DNA of 64,000 nucleotides, taken from a virus (lineage: Duplodnaviria > Heunggongvirae > Uroviricota > Caudoviricetes). Position 1 is the stretch's first letter, and every line of letters begins with the position of its first letter. Shown here in pieces: positions 15,414 to 24,873 of the stretch. The notes under the pieces are model-generated. The model made no database searches. It was given only the letters and a program-made list of their open reading frames with translations, and was not told the origin of the DNA. The stretch is from IMG/VR virus record IMGVR_UViG_3300007511_000008. One strand, written 5' to 3'. Position numbers and translations under genes: made by a program.

Positions 15414-15823
15414 TTTGCGATCCTGTGGAGCTCACCGAGGATCAGATACTCCAAACCCTCAAGCTCCTGGGCTATGAGACCATCGAACAGGGAAAAGATC
15501 TCCACCTGTATGGCTACCAGGGAGACAAGCGGAAAGAGACCGCGGATATTGTTGTGCGTCGAAAGTACATCGGCCACTCCAGCAATGACCTTGGCTTCAA
15601 GAAGGGTGCGGACGGGAAATACAAGATGATCGTTTCCGAGTACGATCAGCGTGCCCTCGTAACCAAGCACAACGGTAAGCGAGGAATGCGTTTCCAGCAA
15701 CTCTTCACGCAAGCAGCCTCTACCTCGAAGGTAATCGAGAATGCTCGCCAGAAGAAACTCCGGGTCGAAATGCCACAGGAAGGTCTACGGTGGGGAGAAC
15801 CGATTAAGCTCTCAATTGGCTAA
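15398..15823 (+). CDS. DUF1257-like (Ycf35-like) protein (tentative).
   Basis: The N-terminus 'MSAF...LKLLGYETIEQGKDLHLYGYQGDKRKETADIVV' resembles the remembered DUF1257 signature (MSHF..., L..LG.E, Y/RGYxG...AD-hydrophobic). DUF1257 and DUF2997 usually co-occur. Overlaps nrdG by 16 nt. Confidence 0.45.
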   Translation: MSAFIVCDPVELTEDQILQTLKLLGYETIEQGKDLHLYGYQGDKRKETADIVVRRKYIGHSSNDLGFKKGADGKYKMIVSEYDQRALVTKHNGKRGMRFQQLFTQAASTSKVIENARQKKLRVEMPQEGLRWGEPIKLSIG

Positions 15824-16614
15824 CCGTCGTCGACAATGCTGGCATTGATAGATGCGCCAAACTCAGGCTGCTGATTCGGAGCTGCCGTCACCAGGTTCAC
15901 AGCCGGGGTGTTGATCGGAACCACGTTCCCCGGAATGATGGTGATAGTCTCCTGGATAATCAGGCCCTGGGAGTCCACAGCCATAGTATGTGTCGGAATC
16001 ATGCACTGCTCGAGGTAGTACGCCCCGACAGTGTTGTCTTCCGTGTCCCGCATGAGCAACATAATGCCCGTCGGGACGCGGAAGATATCCGACGCCAAGT
16101 TCAACCACAGGTTATCATACCCGGGCTGAGTATGGATTGTGGGCAACTCTCCCGTGAGGGCTGCGCCGTAATCAGAAGCCGTACCCGTGGACGAGAAGGG
16201 CTGCAGATAGTCGGGGACAGAGCCCTCGAACATATCGTTGATTGCGGACACATCCTGAGGTGAGTCGCTTCCAGTGTAGTACCAGGCGTACATAACACGC
16301 AGCAGCGAGGGCCCGTGGTACACAATACGACCCAGGGTTACCTGGCGTACTGTACGGCCGCGGAAGAAGTAAGACTTCTCACTCCCAATCTCGAAGAGCT
16401 GTTGGACCGCCGAGTTCTGTGCGATAGCAAAGTTCTGAGCCAGACCTATAGGGTAAACATTGCTCGTCGCCGCAGTACCAAGTGCCTGCAAGAAAGGCGG
16501 GCCCACGCACAACAACGTATTTTTACCTGTCAGGTAGTTATTGTCCCGGAGGCCCCCTTGAACATGTTGGCCCCAGGGGTTCCAGCCGTCAGTTCCGAAA
16601 ATCTTTTCAGTCAT
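15820..16614 (-). CDS. Hypothetical virion-associated protein (264 aa), the last gene of the minus-strand block. Its stop overlaps the convergent + gene stop by 3 nt.
   Basis: A clean 264-aa ORF with a GGAGG RBS (ctcaacGGAGGtccaactaATG). Gly/Thr/Ala/Asn-rich composition like a structural protein. No motifs. Confidence 0.45.
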   Translation of the reverse strand: MTEKIFGTDGWNPWGQHVQGGLRDNNYLTGKNTLLCVGPPFLQALGTAATSNVYPIGLAQNFAIAQNSAVQQLFEIGSEKSYFFRGRTVRQVTLGRIVYHGPSLLRVMYAWYYTGSDSPQDVSAINDMFEGSVPDYLQPFSSTGTASDYGAALTGELPTIHTQPGYDNLWLNLASDIFRVPTGIMLLMRDTEDNTVGAYYLEQCMIPTHTMAVDSQGLIIQETITIIPGNVVPINTPAVNLVTAAPNQQPEFGASINASIVDDG

Positions 16615-16644
16615 TAGTTGGACCTCCGTTGAGGGTCACTACCT

Positions 16645-17262
16645 TTACGATAGATCGACCGTGTTCTCAGTAAACTGGACCACAGCAGAGGTGAGAATCA
16701 CTGCGGAAGTTCCGCCACCTGTGTCGTCCACGAAAAAACGGAAAAGGAGCGTTTCGCCCGCACCCATGTATGCCGGGGTGCCCGCATCGACCAGTGTTGC
16801 TTTGTGCAGCTCGGGAGCTGCGGTGTCATCACCGCGCTTCGCCGGGGTGTTATGGTCTGCATCGTAGTCAGCATTGTCGTTCCCAAAGAGAACTGCTGCT
16901 GTCCGTGCCGCACCATCAGCACCCTGGGTCACCTTCCAGAGCTCGCAACGAAGATCGACAACCACATCCGCAGTACCTACGGTGTAGTTGACCGTCATAC
17001 CTGTAGGCATAATCCCCTTTCCAGCAGTTGTTCTGTTGGGTACAGGAACAGAAACCCACCAGGATTCGCCGCTGGCAGCTGCTGCCCGCGTAACGGACTG
17101 AAGACCGCCGGACGTAACAGAAGGCGTAAAGCCTCCACCGTCCTTGAATCCCATCAAAATATCGACAGCGATTTCGCCGTCAGTCTCCGCTGTGCCGGCG
17201 GCGGCAAGCTGTGTATCAAGCGGAGTAGTTGTATTGGCATCAAGTGTAAATGCTTTTACCAT
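16645..17262 (-). CDS. Hypothetical structural protein (205 aa, Thr/Ala/Gly-rich).
   Basis: A strong GGGAGGA RBS precedes the ATG. The composition is similar to the neighbouring paralogous structural genes. Confidence 0.45.
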   Translation of the reverse strand: MVKAFTLDANTTTPLDTQLAAAGTAETDGEIAVDILMGFKDGGGFTPSVTSGGLQSVTRAAAASGESWWVSVPVPNRTTAGKGIMPTGMTVNYTVGTADVVVDLRCELWKVTQGADGAARTAAVLFGNDNADYDADHNTPAKRGDDTAAPELHKATLVDAGTPAYMGAGETLLFRFFVDDTGGGTSAVILTSAVVQFTENTVDLS

Positions 17263-17288
17263 TGTAATCCTCCCTGCCTACTCCGAGG

Positions 17289-17756
17289 CTATTCAGAAAT
17301 CACGTAGTCGATGAAAGCTACGATACGGCCAGTAACTCCCAGATCGGCTGCGGCGACAGTCAGATCCAAGGTCTGCGCTGCCGTGGTTTTAATCATCACT
17401 GCTTCCAAGCTAATGCCGCCCGAGAAGGGAGCCGCATTGAAGGCAGTCGCCAGCTTGACGTCATTCGCGGCTTCGATCCCGAGGGCTACCGTAGCAGCAC
17501 CACCTGAGGACAGCAGCGTAGTAACATCAAGACGAACATTGGTGACAATCGCGTTGTCGGGAATGGTAAGGCTGGTACCGGCCGCAGTCCTAAAGGGATG
17601 CGGACTACCAGCGATATCCAGCGTATCCTCAGAAGCATCGATGTATGCCTTGAGGGTCCCGGTCATCTGATCCCCATAGGTGGTCCCATCAGTGGCCACA
17701 ACACCGTCGCCCTGAGTGAGGTCCAACCCCGTCGAATCAATAGTGAATCCTTTCAT
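17289..17756 (-). CDS. Structural protein, tandem paralog A (155 aa). Head/tail decoration or fibre-like.
   Basis: It shares a long conserved core with the 240-aa neighbour: 'AYIDASEDTLDIAGSPHPFRTAAGTSLTIPDNAIVTNVRLDV...KTTAAQTLDLTVAAADL...DYVISE' versus 'AYIDATEDTLDIAGSPHPFRTAAGVSLTIPDNAIITNVRLDV...KTTGAQTLDLTVAAEDL...DYFVTE'. A GGGAGGAA RBS precedes the ATG. Confidence 0.5.
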   Translation of the reverse strand: MKGFTIDSTGLDLTQGDGVVATDGTTYGDQMTGTLKAYIDASEDTLDIAGSPHPFRTAAGTSLTIPDNAIVTNVRLDVTTLLSSGGAATVALGIEAANDVKLATAFNAAPFSGGISLEAVMIKTTAAQTLDLTVAAADLGVTGRIVAFIDYVISE

Positions 17757-17781
17757 GGTATTCCTCCCGCCCTACTCAGGC

Positions 17782-18504
17782 TTATTCGGTTACAAAGTAG
17801 TCAACCAGCGCCACAATCTTACCCGCGGTCAGGTCCTCTGCGGCAACCGTAAGGTCCAGTGTCTGAGCACCAGTGGTCTTCACAATAAGAGTCTCCAGGC
17901 TCTGCCCGACAGCACCACCAGCATTGAAGGGGGCCCCGGTAATAATGGTAACGCCCTTGACGTCAGTAGTAGTCTCAACACCCAGAGAAACTGTAGCCGC
18001 GTTAGTAGCAGACGCCAGCACAGTTACCACATCCAGACGCACGTTAGTGATAATGGCGTTGTCTGGGATAGTGAGGCTCACACCAGCCGCAGTTCTGAAG
18101 GGGTGAGGGCTACCGGCAATATCGAGCGTATCCTCGGTAGCATCAATGTAGGCATGCGCAGTGTAGCAAGCCTGCGTTGCTCCGTAGGTAGCTCCCTGCG
18201 CGAAACTGGTAACACCGGCGTTGGTGATGGCCAGCGGGCCAGTCACTGCGACAGAAGTTGCGGTGGTACCGTTACCGACCACGATCTGTGCATTTCCACT
18301 GATGTCCAACGCAGTGGGGATATTGGTAGCATTACCGATAAGCATGTTTCCTTCGGTCAGACCACCAACAATTCCGCCCAGTGCAGTTTCCAGCAGTACA
18401 AACGCTGCATCGACATCGCCACGTAGGTCGCGCGCGACCTCATCCCCTCTTTCCAAGTGGGGGATCGAAGCGACCTGGCTTCCGAAATAAGTACTAGATC
18501 CCAT
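17782..18504 (-). CDS. Structural protein, tandem paralog B (240 aa), with an extra N-terminal ~85 aa.
   Basis: See paralog A. A GGGAGGAATGAACC-ATG RBS precedes it. The downstream non-coding sequence is also conserved between the two copies. Confidence 0.5.
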   Translation of the reverse strand: MGSSTYFGSQVASIPHLERGDEVARDLRGDVDAAFVLLETALGGIVGGLTEGNMLIGNATNIPTALDISGNAQIVVGNGTTATSVAVTGPLAITNAGVTSFAQGATYGATQACYTAHAYIDATEDTLDIAGSPHPFRTAAGVSLTIPDNAIITNVRLDVVTVLASATNAATVSLGVETTTDVKGVTIITGAPFNAGGAVGQSLETLIVKTTGAQTLDLTVAAEDLTAGKIVALVDYFVTE

Positions 18505-18570
18505 GGTTCATTCCTCCCTATAAGGTCCGTCTTTCAAACGAATTCATTTTATCTCAACGAGATAATTCTC

Positions 18571-21500
18571 CTACACTACCAGCGTCACGTTGATCTGGTT
18601 GGCCGGGTAGTACGGCGTCACCGAGATATCCACATACAGCGTATCCGGCTGCTGTGAGTCGATGTAGATGTTGGTGATCGTGATCTTCGATACGATTGTC
18701 CCAGTCATCCCACCGATTACAGAGCTAACCAAAATGCTCACGTAGTCAAGGAAATTCCTTGTCAGATTGAACTTCCCAGCCAACCCCTGCATAGAGACCC
18801 GGAGCCGCTTCGTGATGTAGTCCAGCACATGGGTGATGGACGCTTCCCTGGTTTGCAGGGAGGTGACATCGGTAGTCAGCTGATGCCGAGTTTCAACTGC
18901 GGAGTAGCTGTCCTGCTGGATCAACCACCAAACACCGCCGCCGGCCGCGGTATCCATGTCGGAAGCTGACAGGAGATCCCAGGAGCCAGAGACACTCTCA
19001 ATACCCGCAAGAGTAAGTCCGGTAAAGGACTGCTGCGGGGCAGTCGAAGCGCACAACCCAGCAAGGGCTGCACAAGTGTACATCCCATGGATAGAGGTCG
19101 AGGACCCACTTTCCAGGTAGGTAGCAGACGAGGGCTGCACGTACCGAACACGGCGGTATCCGTACGCCGTCGCCTTTGAAGCAAGAGCAGCTGCGAGCTG
19201 CGCACGCCCCGTCGAGGTTGTGGTATCGATGGAGGCCTGCCTGACATAGAGAGTAACTGTCTCGCCATCAGCATCCCAAGCCGGGCTGTCTCCACCGGCC
19301 TCAACCATAGTAGTTGCGTAGAAGTTATCATCGTTACCGGTGGTCCCCGGGCCGGAGCCTGCGGAGAAACCGGTGATGCGGCACTTCAACACGTTGCCGG
19401 CCTTAATCTCAGACACGGAGTACTTGAACGGATCGTCCGTACGAGTGATGTAAAGGCCGTTTTCAATGGTAACTGCTCCCGAAATAGGGACAGTCGCACC
19501 ATTTGCGTCGGTCTTGCCAGCCAGCACAGCAGCAATATTGAAACCGGTGGCCGCATCGATTGTGACCTCAAAAGAGGTACCAGCAATCTTGTTGAACGGA
19601 GCCGTGGTATTCGGTGCCGAGCCACAAGTAGTCGGGGTGCGCTCTGTAGGTGAATCTTCACAAACGAAGCACACACGCTCGCTCTTTCCGGTAGTCGGGT
19701 CTGCCATCGCAGTTACGTGGGCATCAAGCAGCTCATGGACTGCAGGGCTATCCGACATCGGAGCAATGGCGTAAACATCGGCAGACTGCAGGAAGTCGAA
19801 GGCCTTGGCGTAGGCGCTCGTGGTTCCATAAGCCATCAAAGTCGAGGTTTCTTCGACACCAAATGCCTTCACCTGGATATTCGGTGCGTTCAGCATCGCA
19901 AGGTACACACCGAGGGCCAGCGGGTTCGAAGAATTGACGGGACCAATTGCAGTCTCCATCTCAGCGTAGGTCGAGTAAATCTGCACAGCCGGGCTTGCAC
20001 CCGCGGCAGTTATGTCGGTACGCAGGGCAGTGTATCCAGCAGCCAGCTGCGCAGTGCTGCTCTGGTACTCAACACCACCACCATCTCGGTTAAGCCCGCC
20101 CTTCAGGTAGATCAGTTGGTTGGTAGTATCAAACCAGACCTCAGACCGCGGCTTATCAGAAGTAGTGTTACCCTGGTACTGCCCATCGGTAGCCGCACCA
20201 GTAATACCTTGAGAGGAGATGTACCAGGTGCCAAGAGCAGTACCTACTGTGGCGTTTTGCTCTGTCAGGTCGAGGTATGCGTTGGTCAGTGTCTGAGCGC
20301 CAACTATGCCGTCGTTCCAGGTATAGTTAGCGAAGGCAGAGATTGTTCCAACGTAACTTCCGGCGTTATACAACTTATCACCGACCTGCACGCGCAGGGG
20401 GTCCCCGCGGAAGATCTTACCGGTGAAGTCTGTTGTAGACGTGGTGTACGGCCCACGGAACAGCATGTTCGCGGCATCTCCACCGAACTCAATTCCCGCA
20501 TCGTAACCGGCGTAGTTACCGCACATGGTTGCGTCCAAGGTACACTTCAAAACTTTTTGGCCCGTAGTGAGCAAACGGTAGTCTACCGTATAGGGCCCAG
20601 CACCAAGAGAAGCAGCCAAGGTAATCGTCCCAGTCGCTGGGTTGATCCCAGATACCGTTGAGATAGTTCCCCCCAACGTACCGGATCCTCGGGGAACTGT
20701 GTCCCCGGTAATCTGCGCAAGAATAGTCGCCCCACCAACCCGAGCAGCCTCAACATACGTTAGAGCCGCGACATCGGCCGAAGCGTCTACGAGGGAAGTT
20801 GTAGTTAGCGTAGCTGATGTACTGCCATACATCTCTGTAGCATATGGAATATCGGCAGCAGCTTCGGCTGTGAACGGGGAACCGCCGGTCACCAACGCAT
20901 TAAGGGCTGCAAGCAATCCCGCCTCATTCGTCATGTCAGCCGCATCAAGCGTATCCGACGTAACCGGTCCCCCATTCACCCTAACAGTAATTGTCTTATT
21001 GATCAGGGGTGAGGACGCGCCGTAGAATGACGCCGCGGTGAGCGGGCATTCCCCAAGTACCGTGGGGTAGGTTTGAGTTGCGCTTGTCGCGGCGTAGTTA
21101 TATGGATCCGCCCCAAAGTTTAGGCCGTAGATCTTGCCGCTCAAGTCATCAGAAAGTAAAGCAGATGTAGAACCGTCCAAGTAGCTAATGTTAGTGCTCC
21201 CGACAGTCGTGTTAGGTCCAAGAAACGGCTCAATGGTCGCATTCGCCTTCATGGCAGTATCAAGGGCGGCCGCCTTGCAGATGTCGGGAACAGCTACTGT
21301 CCAAGCCGCGCCACCTGCCCCGCAAACCGCTGGGCAGTATTCAATTTCAATTTCTACCGGGAAGGCCGCCCCAGCTACGGGATTCTTTACATTCGGGAGA
21401 ATATAAGACCCGGGCGCTACCGTAAATCCTACGTCAGCCGCGACGCTCGAGATAATCGTAACGGCCCCACCGGTAAGGGTAGTCAGAGTAAAGACGGGAC

Positions 21501-22773
21501 CAGCGCCTGTAAGGATATACCAACCATTATAGGCTTCGCCCGGGCCCGACCCAGCTTCGAGGTACACGTATGCACCGGTAGCAACCGTACCGGCTGCAAC
21601 GCCAAGAACACTGGTGAACTGGTCAGGCGCTGTTACATTGCCGTCGGCCAAAATTCCGTGGCCTGCCCCATCAACATCAGTTTCAGTAAATTTGACCGCA
21701 ATTTGATTACCGAAAGCTCCTACACCAACACCGGGAGTTACACTCTGGTCAGTGATGAACTTTTGGAATCCATGGGCCTCAAAATGGTACGCAGCAGTAG
21801 TAGTTACACCATCCGCCGACAATTGAATGTCTGTGTACGCGTGCCGGCCTGTTTGCAGGAGACGACTTGAGGTAGAACCTGTCCCAACTGGCCACAACAA
21901 TTGGTTGTTTGGGAGTGCATCCAAATCCCACTCGTTACCTGTCAATTGAGTATCAAGCCAAAGCTCTTTTCCGCCGGGAACAGCGGTACCACCGCCAATG
22001 GGCTGCACATGTCCTTCGCGACCAAAGAACCGTTTACCACCCTGGTAGTTGATGGATTCCTGGTTTGCTGCGTAAGTGCCGGCACCCGCACCGTTATCAT
22101 ATGTAACGCCGACACGGTTATATCGGTTACGGTTGATGGCACTTTCATCACTCAAGGTAACAATCGATCCACCCCAGATCCGCGCGACATTGATATTGGT
22201 CTCGTCGAAGGTGAGGTAGTCGATAATCCCCCGAGAATCGGGAAGAGACTTGTACGGGAAAACCATCGGGTTATTCTCGTAGTCACCACTTCCGTAGTAC
22301 CGAATATCCTCAAAGCCGTTAAACCCGAGAATGGTATGCGCAGAGGTTGCCCCACCCGAGCGGAACATCAAGCTCGAGCTGTCTCCAGTAGAGACGGTCC
22401 GTACACGGATGGTGGTTCCAAAGTAGTCCCAATAGAGATACCCAGAAAAGGCCTCATTGAGCTTAGAACAGACCGTAGCAATCGGAAGAGTACCCACCGT
22501 AGTGAAGGTATACTCACGGTTCGTCCCGTCAACCTCGACATAAATGCTTTTTGCCGAAGCGCTGATCGCGTAAGTCGCGGTACCACCACCAGAGATGATG
22601 GGCGGGAGCGACAGCAGCGCACTGCTGTTCACCGAGCCGTCAGAACTCTGCATTTCGATGATCTGGTAACAAGGCCCGACAATACATGCCGGGAAGGTAG
22701 GACTGTAGATAGTCGGGGTGACAGTCTGCAGTACCTGCTGAATCGTCAATCCGGGCTGAGGAATAGAAGCCAT
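18571..22773 (-). CDS. Very large (1400 aa) Thr/Ser/Gly/Ala-rich virion structural protein (fibre/appendage/decoration-like).
   Basis: Uninterrupted 4.2-kb ORF with a strong RBS. It has a low-charge, beta-rich composition with many G/T/S/A runs ('GTGSTSSRLLQTGRHAYTDIQLSADGVTTTAAYHFEA...'), typical of fibres and large structural proteins. No enzymatic motifs were seen. Confidence 0.55.
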   Translation of the reverse strand: MASIPQPGLTIQQVLQTVTPTIYSPTFPACIVGPCYQIIEMQSSDGSVNSSALLSLPPIISGGGTATYAISASAKSIYVEVDGTNREYTFTTVGTLPIATVCSKLNEAFSGYLYWDYFGTTIRVRTVSTGDSSSLMFRSGGATSAHTILGFNGFEDIRYYGSGDYENNPMVFPYKSLPDSRGIIDYLTFDETNINVARIWGGSIVTLSDESAINRNRYNRVGVTYDNGAGAGTYAANQESINYQGGKRFFGREGHVQPIGGGTAVPGGKELWLDTQLTGNEWDLDALPNNQLLWPVGTGSTSSRLLQTGRHAYTDIQLSADGVTTTAAYHFEAHGFQKFITDQSVTPGVGVGAFGNQIAVKFTETDVDGAGHGILADGNVTAPDQFTSVLGVAAGTVATGAYVYLEAGSGPGEAYNGWYILTGAGPVFTLTTLTGGAVTIISSVAADVGFTVAPGSYILPNVKNPVAGAAFPVEIEIEYCPAVCGAGGAAWTVAVPDICKAAALDTAMKANATIEPFLGPNTTVGSTNISYLDGSTSALLSDDLSGKIYGLNFGADPYNYAATSATQTYPTVLGECPLTAASFYGASSPLINKTITVRVNGGPVTSDTLDAADMTNEAGLLAALNALVTGGSPFTAEAAADIPYATEMYGSTSATLTTTSLVDASADVAALTYVEAARVGGATILAQITGDTVPRGSGTLGGTISTVSGINPATGTITLAASLGAGPYTVDYRLLTTGQKVLKCTLDATMCGNYAGYDAGIEFGGDAANMLFRGPYTTSTTDFTGKIFRGDPLRVQVGDKLYNAGSYVGTISAFANYTWNDGIVGAQTLTNAYLDLTEQNATVGTALGTWYISSQGITGAATDGQYQGNTTSDKPRSEVWFDTTNQLIYLKGGLNRDGGGVEYQSSTAQLAAGYTALRTDITAAGASPAVQIYSTYAEMETAIGPVNSSNPLALGVYLAMLNAPNIQVKAFGVEETSTLMAYGTTSAYAKAFDFLQSADVYAIAPMSDSPAVHELLDAHVTAMADPTTGKSERVCFVCEDSPTERTPTTCGSAPNTTAPFNKIAGTSFEVTIDAATGFNIAAVLAGKTDANGATVPISGAVTIENGLYITRTDDPFKYSVSEIKAGNVLKCRITGFSAGSGPGTTGNDDNFYATTMVEAGGDSPAWDADGETVTLYVRQASIDTTTSTGRAQLAAALASKATAYGYRRVRYVQPSSATYLESGSSTSIHGMYTCAALAGLCASTAPQQSFTGLTLAGIESVSGSWDLLSASDMDTAAGGGVWWLIQQDSYSAVETRHQLTTDVTSLQTREASITHVLDYITKRLRVSMQGLAGKFNLTRNFLDYVSILVSSVIGGMTGTIVSKITITNIYIDSQQPDTLYVDISVTPYYPANQINVTLVV

Positions 22774-22776
22774 GGT

Positions 22777-23430
22777 CTAGTTCCCTCCATTCAACAAAGT
22801 TTCCATGCGCATTGTAATATACTGAATCATAGGTTGGAAAGCCTCGTCACCCGTTGCATCCAAATGCAACCGATCTTTTATGAGGAAAGGAGCCTGTACA
22901 GCGACGAGCTTCCATTCCGGCATTGAAGATCCCTGCACGAGAGCTCCAGCCGAGGTTTCCTGCCCAACTACGAGATTGTTGACAACCCCGTGAATACCCA
23001 TTTTCTGCAGGACCTTTTCAAAAACCGGCACCAACCTAAATACGTAATATGCCAATTTTCTCGCCTCCGCCCCCTCACGCGCAATACAATTGATGGTGAA
23101 GGCAGCGTTGATGAGTCCCTGGTAGTACGTGGAATTGTCGTTGATAAAGCTATCCATCGACAACATCTGAGACATCCCCTGCCCGGTCCATGTACTTGCT
23201 CCGAGCTGGGTAACTATTGCGGGTCGGGAGGACGAAGATTCCATCTGCACCGGACCCTGATCAACAATGATAAGGTCAGTTTCAGTTTGGTTGCCTACCC
23301 AACGGTAGTCCCCGGGGGGCCGGGAGCTAAAAATCGCCTTCAACCAGGAGACCCAGGCCCGCACCCCTTCCTGGAGAACATCCGGGATGGGATCCTTGAA
23401 AGGATGGTATGCGGTAACCGTACTACTCAC
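22777..23430 (-). CDS. Hypothetical protein (217 aa).
   Basis: Clean ORF 3 nt from the next gene. No motifs. Confidence 0.45.
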   Translation of the reverse strand: MSSTVTAYHPFKDPIPDVLQEGVRAWVSWLKAIFSSRPPGDYRWVGNQTETDLIIVDQGPVQMESSSSRPAIVTQLGASTWTGQGMSQMLSMDSFINDNSTYYQGLINAAFTINCIAREGAEARKLAYYVFRLVPVFEKVLQKMGIHGVVNNLVVGQETSAGALVQGSSMPEWKLVAVQAPFLIKDRLHLDATGDEAFQPMIQYITMRMETLLNGGN

Positions 23431-23956
23431 TCTTCTTCTCCTGTTTAGGCTGGTATTTCTTTACCAGGTAAGCCCCAAGGGCCCCGAGTCCAGCGCCTCC
23501 TACACCAAGCCCCAACGTCGCGAGAAGCCTACGGGAACGTGGCATACGTCGGATCTTACGTGAAACCAGGGGAAGGAGTGCTCGAGCAGAAAGTGTGCCC
23601 GCAGTACCCCCAAAGGTAGCGGCCATCGCTATCTGCTTTTTACTGTACTTCTTCCTTCTTCCACGAACCGAAGCATACACCAATTTGCCCGTCGGGGCTG
23701 GCGCTGGAGCGCGCCTCTGGACTCGGTTATAGGAACCGAGACTCCTCGCCAAGTACTTGTTGTCCGCTTGTGGTACAGACAGGTCTGTGCCGGCACCAAC
23801 CCCCGCAGGCTGCATTGGGTTCTGCGTTTGCTTCTCGGGGGAACCAATGGCTACTCTGGATTCCGGAGTACCAGAACCCTCAGACCCACCCTGGAAACGA
23901 CGGGAGCTCAGCTTTACCAACGTTTCCTCAAAGGTATGTTCGGGCGTCCAACTCAT
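23423..23956 (-). CDS. Hypothetical protein (177 aa) with a basic region and a C-terminal hydrophobic Gly-rich segment.
   Basis: 'LLATLGLGVGGAGLGALGAYLV' is a probable TM/glycine-zipper segment. Start and stop overlap the neighbours by 8 nt and 4 nt. Confidence 0.4.
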   Translation of the reverse strand: MSWTPEHTFEETLVKLSSRRFQGGSEGSGTPESRVAIGSPEKQTQNPMQPAGVGAGTDLSVPQADNKYLARSLGSYNRVQRRAPAPAPTGKLVYASVRGRRKKYSKKQIAMAATFGGTAGTLSARALLPLVSRKIRRMPRSRRLLATLGLGVGGAGLGALGAYLVKKYQPKQEKKSE

Positions 23957-24852
23957 AGTCTGTACACTCCTCGCAGAGCATCATACTCTGGGTCCTTATC
24001 GTGACCGACATCCTGGGGGTTTGTAAATAGCCGCTGCGGAGCGGGGAACATCGCAATCTTCTCCGCATCCGTCATATTCAAGGGGAGCTTGTACTCTATA
24101 TCTCCCCGGGGGATCGCATGAAGAGGGAAGTCTTGGCGGACAAGAGCCCTTCCCTTCTCAACACGACGAATTCCTTCTCCTATCCGCCACCTACGATTTT
24201 CCGAGTCTATAACAATCCATCGCGGGTGAATTTCCGGATAATTTGACAAACGACCTGTGGCGTTGATGTTCTGGATTTCTCCGAGGTCAGCAGTCGTAGT
24301 AGCTTCCGGGGGCATGATTATCTGCATGTTGAGTTCCATGGGACGATGGAAGCCCCCCACCCATCGAGTATCATAGCAGGCGAGGCACATGGATGTGCTT
24401 TTCCGCATCGTAACCGGATCAACACAGGTGCAGATTTGGCCGAAGGTCCTAATGGGGAATACCCACACTGTACGGCCTGTATACTCTTCCAACCGAATTT
24501 GGGCGTTCCGGGCCATCTCCATAGCGTACAAATCCAACTCTGCCCGAAGAGTTACTCCCCCCTGGGGAGGGTAGTACGCAGATGGGTTTCCCGCCCGTCG
24601 CTTATCAATTATCCTAATGCGATAAAACCATTGGCGGTACTGAGATTTTTGCCCGCGGAGGGTTGTATCCCGGAAACGGAAAGTATCGGAAAAGGGCCCT
24701 ACGAGGGTAACGTACCCGCTGTGTTCATGGTCGCTGCGCTCAATATAGAAGTCGTAGTCGAAAAGATCCTCGGTTGTAGGCGCAATTTCCCAGTATAGAT
24801 CCAGGTAATCCAGATCAAAGCTACGTACCCGAAAATTTTTGACCTCCAACAT
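23953..24852 (-). CDS. Hypothetical protein (299 aa).
   Basis: Clean ORF. No motifs recognised. Confidence 0.45.
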   Translation of the reverse strand: MLEVKNFRVRSFDLDYLDLYWEIAPTTEDLFDYDFYIERSDHEHSGYVTLVGPFSDTFRFRDTTLRGQKSQYRQWFYRIRIIDKRRAGNPSAYYPPQGGVTLRAELDLYAMEMARNAQIRLEEYTGRTVWVFPIRTFGQICTCVDPVTMRKSTSMCLACYDTRWVGGFHRPMELNMQIIMPPEATTTADLGEIQNINATGRLSNYPEIHPRWIVIDSENRRWRIGEGIRRVEKGRALVRQDFPLHAIPRGDIEYKLPLNMTDAEKIAMFPAPQRLFTNPQDVGHDKDPEYDALRGVYRL

Positions 24853-24873
24853 ATGGATTACGTTCCTTCTCCA

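Noticed and set aside
18551-18563. ATCTC-aac-GAGAT hairpin just after the 1400-aa gene stop, considered as a terminator.
   Set aside because: The stem is only 5 bp and no U-tract follows on the transcribed (minus) strand. It is too weak to call.
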